Notes: generated by a model not told the origin, from the sequence alone. Numbered from the stretch's first letter, positions 1-8,741 are shown. The stretch: 32,000 nt of DNA from Psychrobacter cryohalolentis K5 (GCF_000013905.1 NC_007969.1:1140001-1172000), one strand, 5' to 3'. Program-made: numbers and translations.

Positions 1-648
1 ACAGCACTAATGACGCTCTTTTTAGTAGTGATGGCAGTATCTTTAATGGTCGTCACTAAAAAAATCAACGAAGCAACGCAAGCTGAAAAAGAACGTAGTT
101 CAGAGATCTTGGATATTTGTACTGGTATTAAAGACGACCCTACTTTAAAGAATCAGCTCATTACCGTAGATTGTAAAGAGAACCGTATTAACTTTGGTGA
201 AGCAGGTCGCTTTGGGCATAACGATTACCGGTTGAATGCAGAGGGTATAAAGGCTTTAAGTGCTTTAGTTCCTGTTGTCTTGGAAGCGGCTAATAGTGAA
301 AACGGCAAAAAATGGTTTAAACAGATTGTGATTGAAGGCTTTACAGATACCGATGGATCATATTTATATAACCTGAATTTAAGCTTGCGTCGTTCGGAGT
401 GGGTGATGTGTAGCTTATTGGATCCCACATTTAATCAAGAGCTCACTTTAACTGACGCGCAAAAAAACCAAATCAAACAGCTGTTTCTAGCTGGAGGTGT
501 ATCGTTTAATTCAGCAAAAGACAGTAAAGAAGCTTCGCGCCGTGTAGAACTAAGAATGCAGTTTTATGGCTTAAAAGAAAAAGACAGTGCTGAGGCGCAG
601 CCTATTTTTGTTTCTGCCCCTATTGAAACCTGTCAGCTGGCAAGGTAA
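1..648 (+). CDS. zorB: ZorB-like MotB/OmpA-family membrane protein (stator-type subunit of type I Zorya); the 5' end runs off the window
   Basis: The frame is open from nt 1 (TAL precedes the first Met at 10). It has one hydrophobic helix (LMTLFLVVMAVSLMVV), then OmpA/MotB-type peptidoglycan-binding signatures GFTDTDGSYLYNLNLSLRRSEWV and SRRVELRM. zorC- and zorD-like genes follow directly. Confidence 0.8.
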   Translation, partial: TALMTLFLVVMAVSLMVVTKKINEATQAEKERSSEILDICTGIKDDPTLKNQLITVDCKENRINFGEAGRFGHNDYRLNAEGIKALSALVPVVLEAANSENGKKWFKQIVIEGFTDTDGSYLYNLNLSLRRSEWVMCSLLDPTFNQELTLTDAQKNQIKQLFLAGGVSFNSAKDSKEASRRVELRMQFYGLKEKDSAEAQPIFVSAPIETCQLAR

Positions 649-650
649 AT

Positions 651-2075
651 GTGATGAGTATCGCTATATTAAAGCAGAGGCTGAATCAGAGTGTCAATAA
701 TTTCTCTGACCCTGCCCAAATACATAATAAATTTGCCAAACCGACCAAATTAATTAAGACGTTAGCAATCATTGAACGTAAGTTTGATGAGATGGAGAGT
801 ATTCAGCCTATCGAAGAAAAAATTGTTAACTCAATTTTAAAACTAGAAAAGCATGGTACCGACTATCTAACAAAACGTGATTGGAAGAACCTATCGTGGT
901 CACTCAGTAAAAAGCTGCTAAGTTATGAAGATAAAATACTCTTCACCTTCAAAGGTAGCGAGTTCATTGAACAATTTAGCAAAATTGATCCTGAGTTACT
1001 AAAGGTTGTTTATTTCCCTTTGCTTTATAGTTATTTTGCGGTAGAACAAGCTGAAATAAATAAACGGCCCAATAACTGGATTCAGCTCAGGAATATCTTA
1101 AATACCAATCGGTCTACGTTATTTCAAGCCACTCTTAAGCCTAAAAAATGGCTTACTACGTTAACGGAGCATCCTGAAGTGCTCTCGCTAGATCCTTCTA
1201 AAAGATTTATTCGTGACTTTTTATACAATAGCGATGACAGTAGAGTCAGTAGTCAATTAGAAAGCTTAAGCATTGCTCCTAATAGCTGGTTTTGGGATAG
1301 CTTGATAAGCTCATCTATCAAGTCAGTCAAGACAATGAAGGAAGATGACTACTTTAAAGTGATACCACGTTTGTTACTTCTTCTAGAAAAGAATCCAATT
1401 TATACCACCGCTATTTTAACGGCTCTACTTGAACGTTATGCTTCTACCTCAAAACGTACACTTGTACATGAAGCTTTAAAGCACGTCTGTTTGACGCAAT
1501 GGGGTAACCCGCAATATGACTCAGCAGCAGGTTGGCGGAATGTAAACCCAGATACTAGAAAAATGGTGGTTCAATGGTTTGTAAGAGCAGATTTAGAAGC
1601 TTTCTTTAAATTGTTCAGCCATACAGCTGATGTCGATCGTTTTAACTATTGGATAAAGTTTATTGACAAAATTTCTTTTTCTCAGATATTTTTAGGCCCA
1701 GCTGCCGTACAATCTAGACATGCTGAGCATAGAAAGTTCAGAGAGCTTAACCGTGGCAGACTGAAAAACCTTGTAGGTTCTACTGCTAGTAATAATGCCT
1801 TTCTACTTAAAATCGATAACATCTATATTGTTGATTTTTCAGATACAGGAAATGCTTGTTATGGATATAGTACTTTTCCTTTTGACATTAATAAGAAAAA
1901 CATAGGTGTTTATGAGTTAAAGAACAAGCCGCAGTCCATCTTTAAAAGCGAGTACGGTCTAGGAATGAGTTTGAGTCATTCAGGAAATTGGGAAGCTAGA
2001 TTCGATAAAAAACTCGCTGAGTTGGGCATTTTTTCCAATCAATCCAATAGTCCAAAATACAAAAAACGTTATTAA
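651..2075 (+). CDS. zorC: ZorC-like protein (putative EH-signature-domain component of type I Zorya)
   Basis: A 474-aa soluble ORF starts 2 nt after the zorB stop (GTG 651 or ATG 654) and ends 9 nt before the Snf2 gene. Size and position fit ZorC. The C-terminal region (RHAEHRKF ... FLLKIDNIYIVDFSDTGNACYGY) is compatible with an EH-signature domain from memory only. I recognised no housekeeping family. Confidence 0.7.
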   Translation: MMSIAILKQRLNQSVNNFSDPAQIHNKFAKPTKLIKTLAIIERKFDEMESIQPIEEKIVNSILKLEKHGTDYLTKRDWKNLSWSLSKKLLSYEDKILFTFKGSEFIEQFSKIDPELLKVVYFPLLYSYFAVEQAEINKRPNNWIQLRNILNTNRSTLFQATLKPKKWLTTLTEHPEVLSLDPSKRFIRDFLYNSDDSRVSSQLESLSIAPNSWFWDSLISSSIKSVKTMKEDDYFKVIPRLLLLLEKNPIYTTAILTALLERYASTSKRTLVHEALKHVCLTQWGNPQYDSAAGWRNVNPDTRKMVVQWFVRADLEAFFKLFSHTADVDRFNYWIKFIDKISFSQIFLGPAAVQSRHAEHRKFRELNRGRLKNLVGSTASNNAFLLKIDNIYIVDFSDTGNACYGYSTFPFDINKKNIGVYELKNKPQSIFKSEYGLGMSLSHSGNWEARFDKKLAELGIFSNQSNSPKYKKRY

Positions 2076-2084
2076 AGGGCCGGT

Positions 2085-5000
2085 ATGAAATTAGCATTCT
2101 GGAAAAGAAATAAATCGGTTGAGCATGCTTCTGCAGAAAATTCAGTAGAAAGTATTGCTCTTTTACCGCTGCAATATGATGACATGGGTTTAAAGCACGG
2201 CTATACAGCTGTGGCTAAAACTGATGCGGATTTCTATTGGGAAAGCTTAACTGATGAAGAGGTTGCCTATCAGCTAGATGATAGCTATATATTGCCATGG
2301 GAAGAGTTGTTCCAGATTAAACAAGATCCTGATCATAGCGATGTCATTAATTTGCTCAACTTGCCGTTATCAAATGATTTATATCCGATAATTCGTAGTG
2401 AAAATGGGCTAAGTGATTCGAATTTCCAAATTATTCTGGATGGTTGGTGTGATAAAAATAAGGTCAAGTTTAAAGGCTCAGTCAAACGAACAGGCGCAAT
2501 TATTAGTATTACCGGTAAAGAATGTTTATTGAATGAAAGCACTTGGAAGCTATTAGAGAAAATTAAAGAATTCTCCCGTGTTACAGATAAAAATAAATCA
2601 TTAAATCAAAAATATTGGGCGCAAATACGCAGTTTGGCGAATAAAAGCGAGGCGAACTTAGATGAGTTCTTGCGTAAAACGATCGTACTTGCCCCAGAAG
2701 AGCTGCAACTTAACCTTCGTAAAAACTTAGTTAGTACAGAGTCAGTGGTAGAGGTGCAGCCTGATTTTAAAGACTCACCCTCAAATTGGCTACAAACTTT
2801 TGATAAATATAATCAAGTACAAGATGAATATACAATCAGCTTACCAGAAGGTGGTCTGGCTCACGTTATTATCGAGCCGCAAGTTAAGAGTGTACTCAAT
2901 GAAATTAAAAAGATGCCAAATCGTCGGATAGCTGGCGAGCGTGCACAGACCTTTTTACACAATCCTTTTGCTCAGTTAGGGGAGGATGCCATAGAGGTTA
3001 TATCTCCAGAGGGCTTTGAGCAATCCAAAGAAGAGGCAGAGATCTATAGCTATCGTTTGCTCATAGATAAAAATTATGATGAATTATCACATTTTAGTTC
3101 CGCTCAATTAACGTTGCATGAAATTTCAAGTAGAGCACAAGACCCTATTCTGTTAGAACTTTCAAATCTAGAGCAAGCTCAACACTTTATTGCTACTTAT
3201 GAGCGATCATCACCTGTGTTCCTATGGGCAGGTTATAGTATAGATAGAAGCAACTACTTAGATAATCAAGTAGACGAGCTGAAAAGCGATCTAGAAAAAA
3301 TTCAACAGTATGATGATGAATTGCAAGCTAGAACAGTGCTAGATTTAAGCAATTACAGCGATAGAGTGATAGGGATTGGTGAAGCTGAAAAACTGAGCTC
3401 TGACGCCATTCAAAAAGATAGTGGTGAATCCGAATGGTTACCACAGAATCTTATAGATGGGTCAGCTGACTTATCTCAATTTACTTCTGATAATACTGAT
3501 GCCACTACTGAACTACTTGAGCAACGTATCCAGCATGCAGAGGAAGAAGGCGAGAGCTTTGTTCTACATCCGGACAGCAACGTCTCCATTCCATTAGATG
3601 ATGCAAAAAAACTACTTGATGATCTGCGTGATTCAAAGACTGGGGATCCAGTTGAAAACGACATAGAGCAAGAGCAGCCAAAAGCTGATGAAACAAAGAA
3701 AAAATCTACCTTATTGATTGCCAATAATATCGATGAGGCTGACTTTACTAAGAAGCGAGCCGAGACTCTGACTTTTGATGAAAGCAACCGCCCTCAGGCC
3801 AGATTGCCATCAAGTTTTAGAAGCCAAGAATTTAGTCTAAAAACGCATCAAGAATATGGTATCGCTTGGCTACAGAACCTATATCAGTATGCACCAAATC
3901 AGGTAAGCGGCTGCTTGTTAGCAGATGATATGGGTTTAGGGAAAACTTTGCAGTTACTTTGCTTCATTGGTGAATATCTAGAAACCGCAGAAGATAAAAA
4001 ACCTGCATTAGTCGTAGCGCCAGTTTCTTTATTGGAGAACTGGGAGGCTGAAATCAATAGGTTTTTTAGTGCAAAGTTCGGAAAAGTGTTAAGTTTATAT
4101 GGCGATAACTTAAAACAGCGAAAAATACCCAAGCACCTAATATCTTCTCAATTAAGAAATGATTATGGGATAACAAATCTACTTGAAGATAATTGGTTAG
4201 GTGGTGCAGATATCGTACTGACTACTTATGAGACCATGCGAGACCTTGAGTTTTCTTTAGGGAGGGTAGATTGGAGTATCATGATATGTGATGAAGCCCA
4301 AAAAATAAAAGTGCCCACTGCAATGGTTACTAAAGCTGCTAAAGCCCAAAAAGCAGACTTTAAGATCGCTTGTACAGGCACGCCTGTAGAGAATTCACTT
4401 GTTGATCTATGGTGCTTATTTGATTTCATTCAAGAAAATCTGATGGGTTCACTTAGTGAATTTAATAAAGAGTATCGACGTCCTATTGAAAAGAAAGACG
4501 ATGAAGACAACGCGATAATAGATGAGCTTCGTCAATTGATTGAGCCACAAGTATTAAGACGTATGAAGCATGATGTCGCTGAGTTGCCAGCAAAACACGA
4601 AATTAATGATTGTAAAAATATTGAAATATCAACGCTGCAACGCACACTTTATAAACAAGTATCAAATGATTATAGAAGTTTATCTGAGCAAGGCCACAAA
4701 GGCGTTATGTTAAAAGCACTACATGACATGCGAATGATTTGTGCTCACCCCCTGAATTTTCAAGAACAAGCGACTATCAATGATTCGCCTAAAGCCGAAT
4801 GGTTAATAAACACTTTAGAGACCATAAAACAAAAAAATGAGAAGGTTATCATTTTTACTGAGTTCAGGGCTATTCAAGTGTTTTTAAAGCGGCTTCTCCT
4901 TGAGCGGTTTGGATTAAACGTTACTACAGTGAATGGGGATTCAAATACTAATAGTAGAGTAGGCTTAACGCGGCAGGGCATTATTGATAAGTTCCAAGAA

Positions 5001-5312
5001 ACGAATGGTTTCAATGTGATTATCTTATCCACTGTGGCAGTTGGCTTTGGTGTGAATATCCAAAAAGCAAACCATGTTATCCACTATACACGCAGTTGGA
5101 ACCCAGCTAAGGAAGACCAAGCGACTGATAGAGCCTACCGTATTGGTCAAGATAAAGAGGTTTACGTGTATTATCCGTCTATCGCAGCAGATGATTTTGA
5201 GACGTTTGAAATCAAACTGGATAAGCTATTATCTAGTAAGCGCAGTCTTGCTGATGATATGTTGAAACCAAACGTAGAGCTTACTCAAGAATTGATTCAG
5301 TCGATCTATTGA
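2085..5312 (+). CDS. zorD: ZorD-like Snf2/SF2 helicase-family ATPase (type I Zorya effector)
   Basis: The ORF is 1075 aa. The C-terminal ~480 aa carry ordered SF2/Snf2 motifs: LADDMGLGKT (3918-3947), DEAQ (4290-4301), TGTPVEN, and QATDRAYRIGQ (5118-5150). A long non-helicase N-terminal region precedes them. Confidence 0.85.
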   Translation: MKLAFWKRNKSVEHASAENSVESIALLPLQYDDMGLKHGYTAVAKTDADFYWESLTDEEVAYQLDDSYILPWEELFQIKQDPDHSDVINLLNLPLSNDLYPIIRSENGLSDSNFQIILDGWCDKNKVKFKGSVKRTGAIISITGKECLLNESTWKLLEKIKEFSRVTDKNKSLNQKYWAQIRSLANKSEANLDEFLRKTIVLAPEELQLNLRKNLVSTESVVEVQPDFKDSPSNWLQTFDKYNQVQDEYTISLPEGGLAHVIIEPQVKSVLNEIKKMPNRRIAGERAQTFLHNPFAQLGEDAIEVISPEGFEQSKEEAEIYSYRLLIDKNYDELSHFSSAQLTLHEISSRAQDPILLELSNLEQAQHFIATYERSSPVFLWAGYSIDRSNYLDNQVDELKSDLEKIQQYDDELQARTVLDLSNYSDRVIGIGEAEKLSSDAIQKDSGESEWLPQNLIDGSADLSQFTSDNTDATTELLEQRIQHAEEEGESFVLHPDSNVSIPLDDAKKLLDDLRDSKTGDPVENDIEQEQPKADETKKKSTLLIANNIDEADFTKKRAETLTFDESNRPQARLPSSFRSQEFSLKTHQEYGIAWLQNLYQYAPNQVSGCLLADDMGLGKTLQLLCFIGEYLETAEDKKPALVVAPVSLLENWEAEINRFFSAKFGKVLSLYGDNLKQRKIPKHLISSQLRNDYGITNLLEDNWLGGADIVLTTYETMRDLEFSLGRVDWSIMICDEAQKIKVPTAMVTKAAKAQKADFKIACTGTPVENSLVDLWCLFDFIQENLMGSLSEFNKEYRRPIEKKDDEDNAIIDELRQLIEPQVLRRMKHDVAELPAKHEINDCKNIEISTLQRTLYKQVSNDYRSLSEQGHKGVMLKALHDMRMICAHPLNFQEQATINDSPKAEWLINTLETIKQKNEKVIIFTEFRAIQVFLKRLLLERFGLNVTTVNGDSNTNSRVGLTRQGIIDKFQETNGFNVIILSTVAVGFGVNIQKANHVIHYTRSWNPAKEDQATDRAYRIGQDKEVYVYYPSIAADDFETFEIKLDKLLSSKRSLADDMLKPNVELTQELIQSIY

Positions 5313-5443
5313 GTAAGACTTTTAACAAGGGGCTGGGGTTATATTCAATCCTTATCTACTACAGCTCCTAATTCTGAGTGGCTGTTGTGGTAGTACACTA
5401 AATTTGGACTGTATTCAAGAGAAGATATATTACATACGAAAAA

Positions 5444-5451
5444 GCCAGACA
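5444..5451. repeat. Target-site duplication (left copy) GCCAGACA of the IS256-family insertion
   Basis: An identical 8-mer directly abuts both ends of the element (5444-5451 and 6821-6828). Confidence 0.8.
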
Positions 5452-6820
5452 GAGGGTATCCCGAATTCTGTGTAACTGCCATTTAGATTAAATGCTTACT
5501 GATACGATCATCAAACATAATCATAAAGCGATTAAGGGCAGACGTCCAGTTACGAATCGGCATCGACCACTTTTTAGACGCCTGCTGGGTTGCCAGATAT
5601 ACTACCTTAAACGCTGCCTGATCAGACGGGAACACCTTACGCTTATTCACTGCCGTACGAATCACACTGTTTAGCGACTCAATAGCATTGGTGGTATATA
5701 TGACTTTTCTGATGTCTTTAGGGTAACCAAAGAACACCGTTAAGCCTTCCCAGTTATTGCGCCAAGACTTGATGACATGCGGATACTTATCGCCCCACAC
5801 TTCATCAAAGTGCTCAAGATTGGCCTCTGCTATCTCTATAGTATCAGCACCATAAATTGCCTTTAAATCAGCCGCTACTGCCTTTTTGTCCGTCCATGGT
5901 ACGAACTTCATTGAATAACGCACCATGTGCACGATACACAGCTGAACCTGAGCGTTGGGGTAAACAGTATTGATGGCATCAGGAAAGCCCTTTAAACCGT
6001 CGACACAGGCAATGAGTATGTCTTGTACCCCGCGGTTTTGCAATTCAGTGAGAACGCCTAGCCAGAACTTAGCGCCCTCATTCTCTGATAACCACATACC
6101 CAGCAGCTCTTTTTTACCGTTAAGTCCCACCCCTAGCGCCAGATAGATAGCCTTGTTGATGATCTGCTTATCTTGACGTACTTTAACAACAATACAGTCC
6201 AAATAGACGATAGGATAAACACTGCTCAGTGGTCTATTCTGCCACGCAGTGATGTCTTCCAAGATGTTGTCAGTGACTCTTGAGACAAGAGAGCTTGAGA
6301 TGTCGACGTCGTAAAGCTCTTTGATGGTCTCGACAATCTCGGTGGTCGTTTGGCCCTTGGCATATGAGCGAGGATCAGCAAGTGTCTGGGAGACACTTGC
6401 CCGAAGCGCAAGACGGAAGGCTATGCCTGTAGTGGAATATGATTTTATCGTCAAGCCCTGAGATACGGGTTTGATGCTTACGCACTAAGGTGGGCTCAAA
6501 AGCGCCGTCACGGTCTCTTGGGGTGGAGATCTCAAGCTCCCCTGTGTCACTACGGACTGTCTTTTTAGTGTGCCCATTGCGCTTATTAGGTTTATCCGCC
6601 TTTTCATGCTTAGGATAGCCAAGATGGTCTTCCATCTCAGCTTCTAGGGCAGTATCGATAAAGGATTGCATGAGTTGCTTTTGGAAGTCTTTGATGTCAT
6701 CAAAGCTGTTCATGCTACCAGCCATCTGCTGGGCCAGTTTCTTGATGTCAGTTTGGTTAGTCATTGCTTATTCTTCGGTTAGTGGATTATAAGCAGTTAC
6801 ACAAAGTTTGGGAAAGTCTC
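5452..6820 (-). mobile_element. IS256-family insertion sequence, 1369 bp
   Basis: Imperfect ~28-bp terminal inverted repeats are present: GAGGGTATCCCGAATTCTGTGTAACTGC at 5452-5479, and the reverse complement of 6793-6820, GAGACTTTCCCAAACTTTGTGTAACTGC. An 8-bp direct repeat flanks the element. The internal gene is an IS256/mutator-type transposase. Confidence 0.85.
5483..6764 (-). pseudogene. IS256-family (mutator-type) transposase split into two overlapping reading frames (6764-6375 and 6454-5483)
   Basis: The N-terminal ORF ends ...FEPTLVRKHQTRISGLDDKII followed by out-of-family residues and a stop. The second frame resumes at ...RSYAKGQTTTEIVETIKELYDVDIS...AWQNRPL...YLDCIVVKVR... with DDE-type core blocks. 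The second frame has only a TTG at its head. The frames differ by +1. Confidence 0.7.
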
Positions 6821-6828
6821 GCCAGACA
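6821..6828. repeat. Target-site duplication (right copy) GCCAGACA
   Basis: It is identical to 5444-5451 and lies immediately outside the right IS terminus. Confidence 0.8.
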
Positions 6829-6847
6829 ACCTAAGCTGTCTGGCTTT
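6821..6847 (-). terminator. Hairpin of an intrinsic terminator, separated from its minus-strand T-tract by the IS insertion
   Basis: GCCAGACA-ACCTAAGC-TGTCTGGC is followed by TTT. Removing the IS and one duplication copy restores AAAGCCAGACA/TGTCTGGCTTT (11-bp stem) with TTTTT on the minus strand, which is now at 5440-5444. Confidence 0.6.
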
Positions 6848-6862
6848 AAAATTGTGAATAAC

Positions 6863-7180
6863 TTATCTATGATTATGTTCCCGCCATACAGCATGTTCAC
6901 ATACCTCACAGCACCAACGCTCTTTTGCTCGCATATATGCAATATCTGCTGGTATCTGTAAAGGGCACACATAACCACAGTACTCGCATCGCACATCATC
7001 TAAATAAGCAAAACACTCACCGATTGTCTCGAACAGTACTTGAGTGCTAATCTCATACTTTTCACAAACGATTTCTACATGCGCGATATAATCACCTTTA
7101 TTATCATATGCCCAGTAGTCCTCACAGATCTTTAGATCTCGTGCGTTCTGCGTCATATTAGGCTGAAGCTTTACACTCAT
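6863..7180 (-). CDS. Small hypothetical protein with a C-terminal Cys-rich (zinc-ribbon-like) motif
   Basis: ATG at 7180 sits 6 nt after GAGGAG, and the longer ORF start at 7237 would overlap the upstream gene. The C-terminus reads CEYCGYVC...CCEVCEH. I recognised no family. Confidence 0.55.
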   Translation of the reverse strand: MSVKLQPNMTQNARDLKICEDYWAYDNKGDYIAHVEIVCEKYEISTQVLFETIGECFAYLDDVRCEYCGYVCPLQIPADIAYMRAKERWCCEVCEHAVWREHNHR

Positions 7181-7190
7181 CACATTCTCC

Positions 7191-7484
7191 TCAATAGCCG
7201 TCATAATCAGACTGCGGTAGTAGCTCATAAAGCTCACTTTGAAGCTTGCTGCTCATATCCTCTACAAAGTACCCATCCTGAGCATCTAAGCGCTTCTGTA
7301 CCCATATACGCAGTGCCATATCATTATCAAAGCAGCGCTTCACTCCTAAGAAGCGTGCGAGGTTATGATCCGATGAAACATACAACTCACGCATCAATGC
7401 ATTAGCAATCTTATTAGCATCCTCACTAATTGCACCGTCGGGTTTAAACTCACCAAACAGCTCCTCGTAATTGATAATTTTCAT
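7191..7484 (-). CDS. Hypothetical 97-aa protein, translationally coupled to the integrase
   Basis: Its ATG overlaps the integrase stop (ATGA at 7481-7484). It is same-strand and tightly packed with the next ORF. I recognised no family. Confidence 0.55.
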   Translation of the reverse strand: MKIINYEELFGEFKPDGAISEDANKIANALMRELYVSSDHNLARFLGVKRCFDNDMALRIWVQKRLDAQDGYFVEDMSSKLQSELYELLPQSDYDGY

Positions 7485-8725
7485 TGTGACGTCTCCTTGT
7501 CAGTTTGTGAGTCCCTGATTAGTGCTTCACCTTCAGAGCTATTAGATGCGCTGGTTAGCTTCTCCTTGCTCGCTAGTAGCAAGTTATCCATTGCCGAGCC
7601 ATCCTGTCGGGTGATATCAGGTACATAACGGCTATATACCCGAAACAGCATCTCCGTACTACTGTGACCCATCTGCCGAGCGATCCATTCAGGATTCTCA
7701 CCAGCAGCCAGCCATAGCGTCGCTGCCGTATGCCGAGTCTGATAAGCCCGCCTATGTTTCAGACCGAGTAGGGCAAGCGTGGGTTTCCATACCCGCCGGT
7801 TCACATTGCGATACTCCATCGGATTGCCCTGTGAATTGCAAAACACAAACTCTGACTTACCAAAGGTACGCGTCTTCTGCTCTTGTAGTGCGTCATAGAC
7901 CAGTTGTGACATCGCAATATCACGTTGCGAGCCTAACGTTTTCGTTGGACCCATCTCCCCATTCACCAATGCACCGCGAATACTGATCTCACGGCGATCA
8001 AAGTTAATGCAGTCCCACTTAAGCCCATCGATCTCACTGGTACGCATCCCTGTAAAGAAGCGAATAGTGTAGTAGGGCCTATAATCAGCACGAACATGCT
8101 TTAAAATCAGCCATACCTCAGAAAGTGTAAAAGGATTCACATCCGGACGCGCTTGCTTGAGATTCTTAATATTTTTATAAGGCATCTCAAACTCATGGCG
8201 ATCCGACGCTTCTTCTAGTATCATACGAAGAAGTATCATGATCTGGTTGATCCGTGCTACTGACAGACTTGACTGACCATCTTTACCGTAACAAACTTTG
8301 GCGAGGGAGCTACGGAAGGTCAGCAAGTCTGGTTTTTTTATGGCATGTACCGCTTTGCCACCAAACTCAGGTAACAAGTACTTATCTAAAATAATCTGCG
8401 TCTTTTGCCGATAGCTTGGCCGCCATTCAATCTTCTTCTCCTCATACCAAATATCGACAAACTGTCTAAAGGTTGGATTACGACTGATACAAGCTTCCGC
8501 TCTATCGGCCAGTGCTGTCATCTCTTTTAGACGAGTACTCTTCGGAAAGTAGGCGCCATAGTCGAAGATGCCTAGGGTTATTTCTGCGTCTATTTTTTTC
8601 AAAACAGTCGCTAATTTTCTTCTGTTAGCTGGGTTATCTTCTAAGCTAGTCTTTTCTCGACAACGTATACCTAGGTAGTAGAAGTCGGCAATTAGTTTGC
8701 CAAACCGTCCTTGTATAGTAGCCAT
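7481..8725 (-). CDS. int: Tyrosine-type site-specific integrase (phage integrase family with an N-terminal arm-binding-type domain)
   Basis: The C-terminal catalytic region contains ...FFTGMRTSEI..., ...HRRAYQTRHTAATLWLAAGENPEWIARQMGHSSTEMLFRVYSRY (R, H-x-x-R, H, Y pattern). The N-terminus MATIQGRFGKLIADFYYLGIRCREKT is typical of island integrases. The gene lies ~1.1 kb from a tRNA 3' end. Confidence 0.9.
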   Translation of the reverse strand: MATIQGRFGKLIADFYYLGIRCREKTSLEDNPANRRKLATVLKKIDAEITLGIFDYGAYFPKSTRLKEMTALADRAEACISRNPTFRQFVDIWYEEKKIEWRPSYRQKTQIILDKYLLPEFGGKAVHAIKKPDLLTFRSSLAKVCYGKDGQSSLSVARINQIMILLRMILEEASDRHEFEMPYKNIKNLKQARPDVNPFTLSEVWLILKHVRADYRPYYTIRFFTGMRTSEIDGLKWDCINFDRREISIRGALVNGEMGPTKTLGSQRDIAMSQLVYDALQEQKTRTFGKSEFVFCNSQGNPMEYRNVNRRVWKPTLALLGLKHRRAYQTRHTAATLWLAAGENPEWIARQMGHSSTEMLFRVYSRYVPDITRQDGSAMDNLLLASKEKLTSASNSSEGEALIRDSQTDKETSQ

Positions 8726-8741
8726 GATAAATCTCCTTCTA

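Noticed and set aside
1-648. Reading the first ORF as a housekeeping MotB, Pal or OmpA-family gene
   Set aside because: It is followed within 2 nt by a non-flagellar 474-aa gene and a Snf2 helicase, and it lies on a tRNA-linked island. This context fits ZorB rather than flagellar or Tol-Pal loci, though the missing upstream gene is needed for proof.
6371-6454. Translational bypassing (gene-60-like hop) across the 67-nt segment in the transposase
   Set aside because: I found no matched take-off and landing codons that would restore the downstream frame. The TCATAT copies are 75 nt apart and in the same frame as each other, so they do not connect the two ORFs. An inactivating insertion or indel is simpler.
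6764-6999. Plus-strand ORF 6764-6961 and minus-strand ORF 6787-6999
   Set aside because: They span the IS terminus, the target duplication and the terminator hairpin, and they overlap the better-supported 6863-7180 gene. They have no RBS and no family resemblance.
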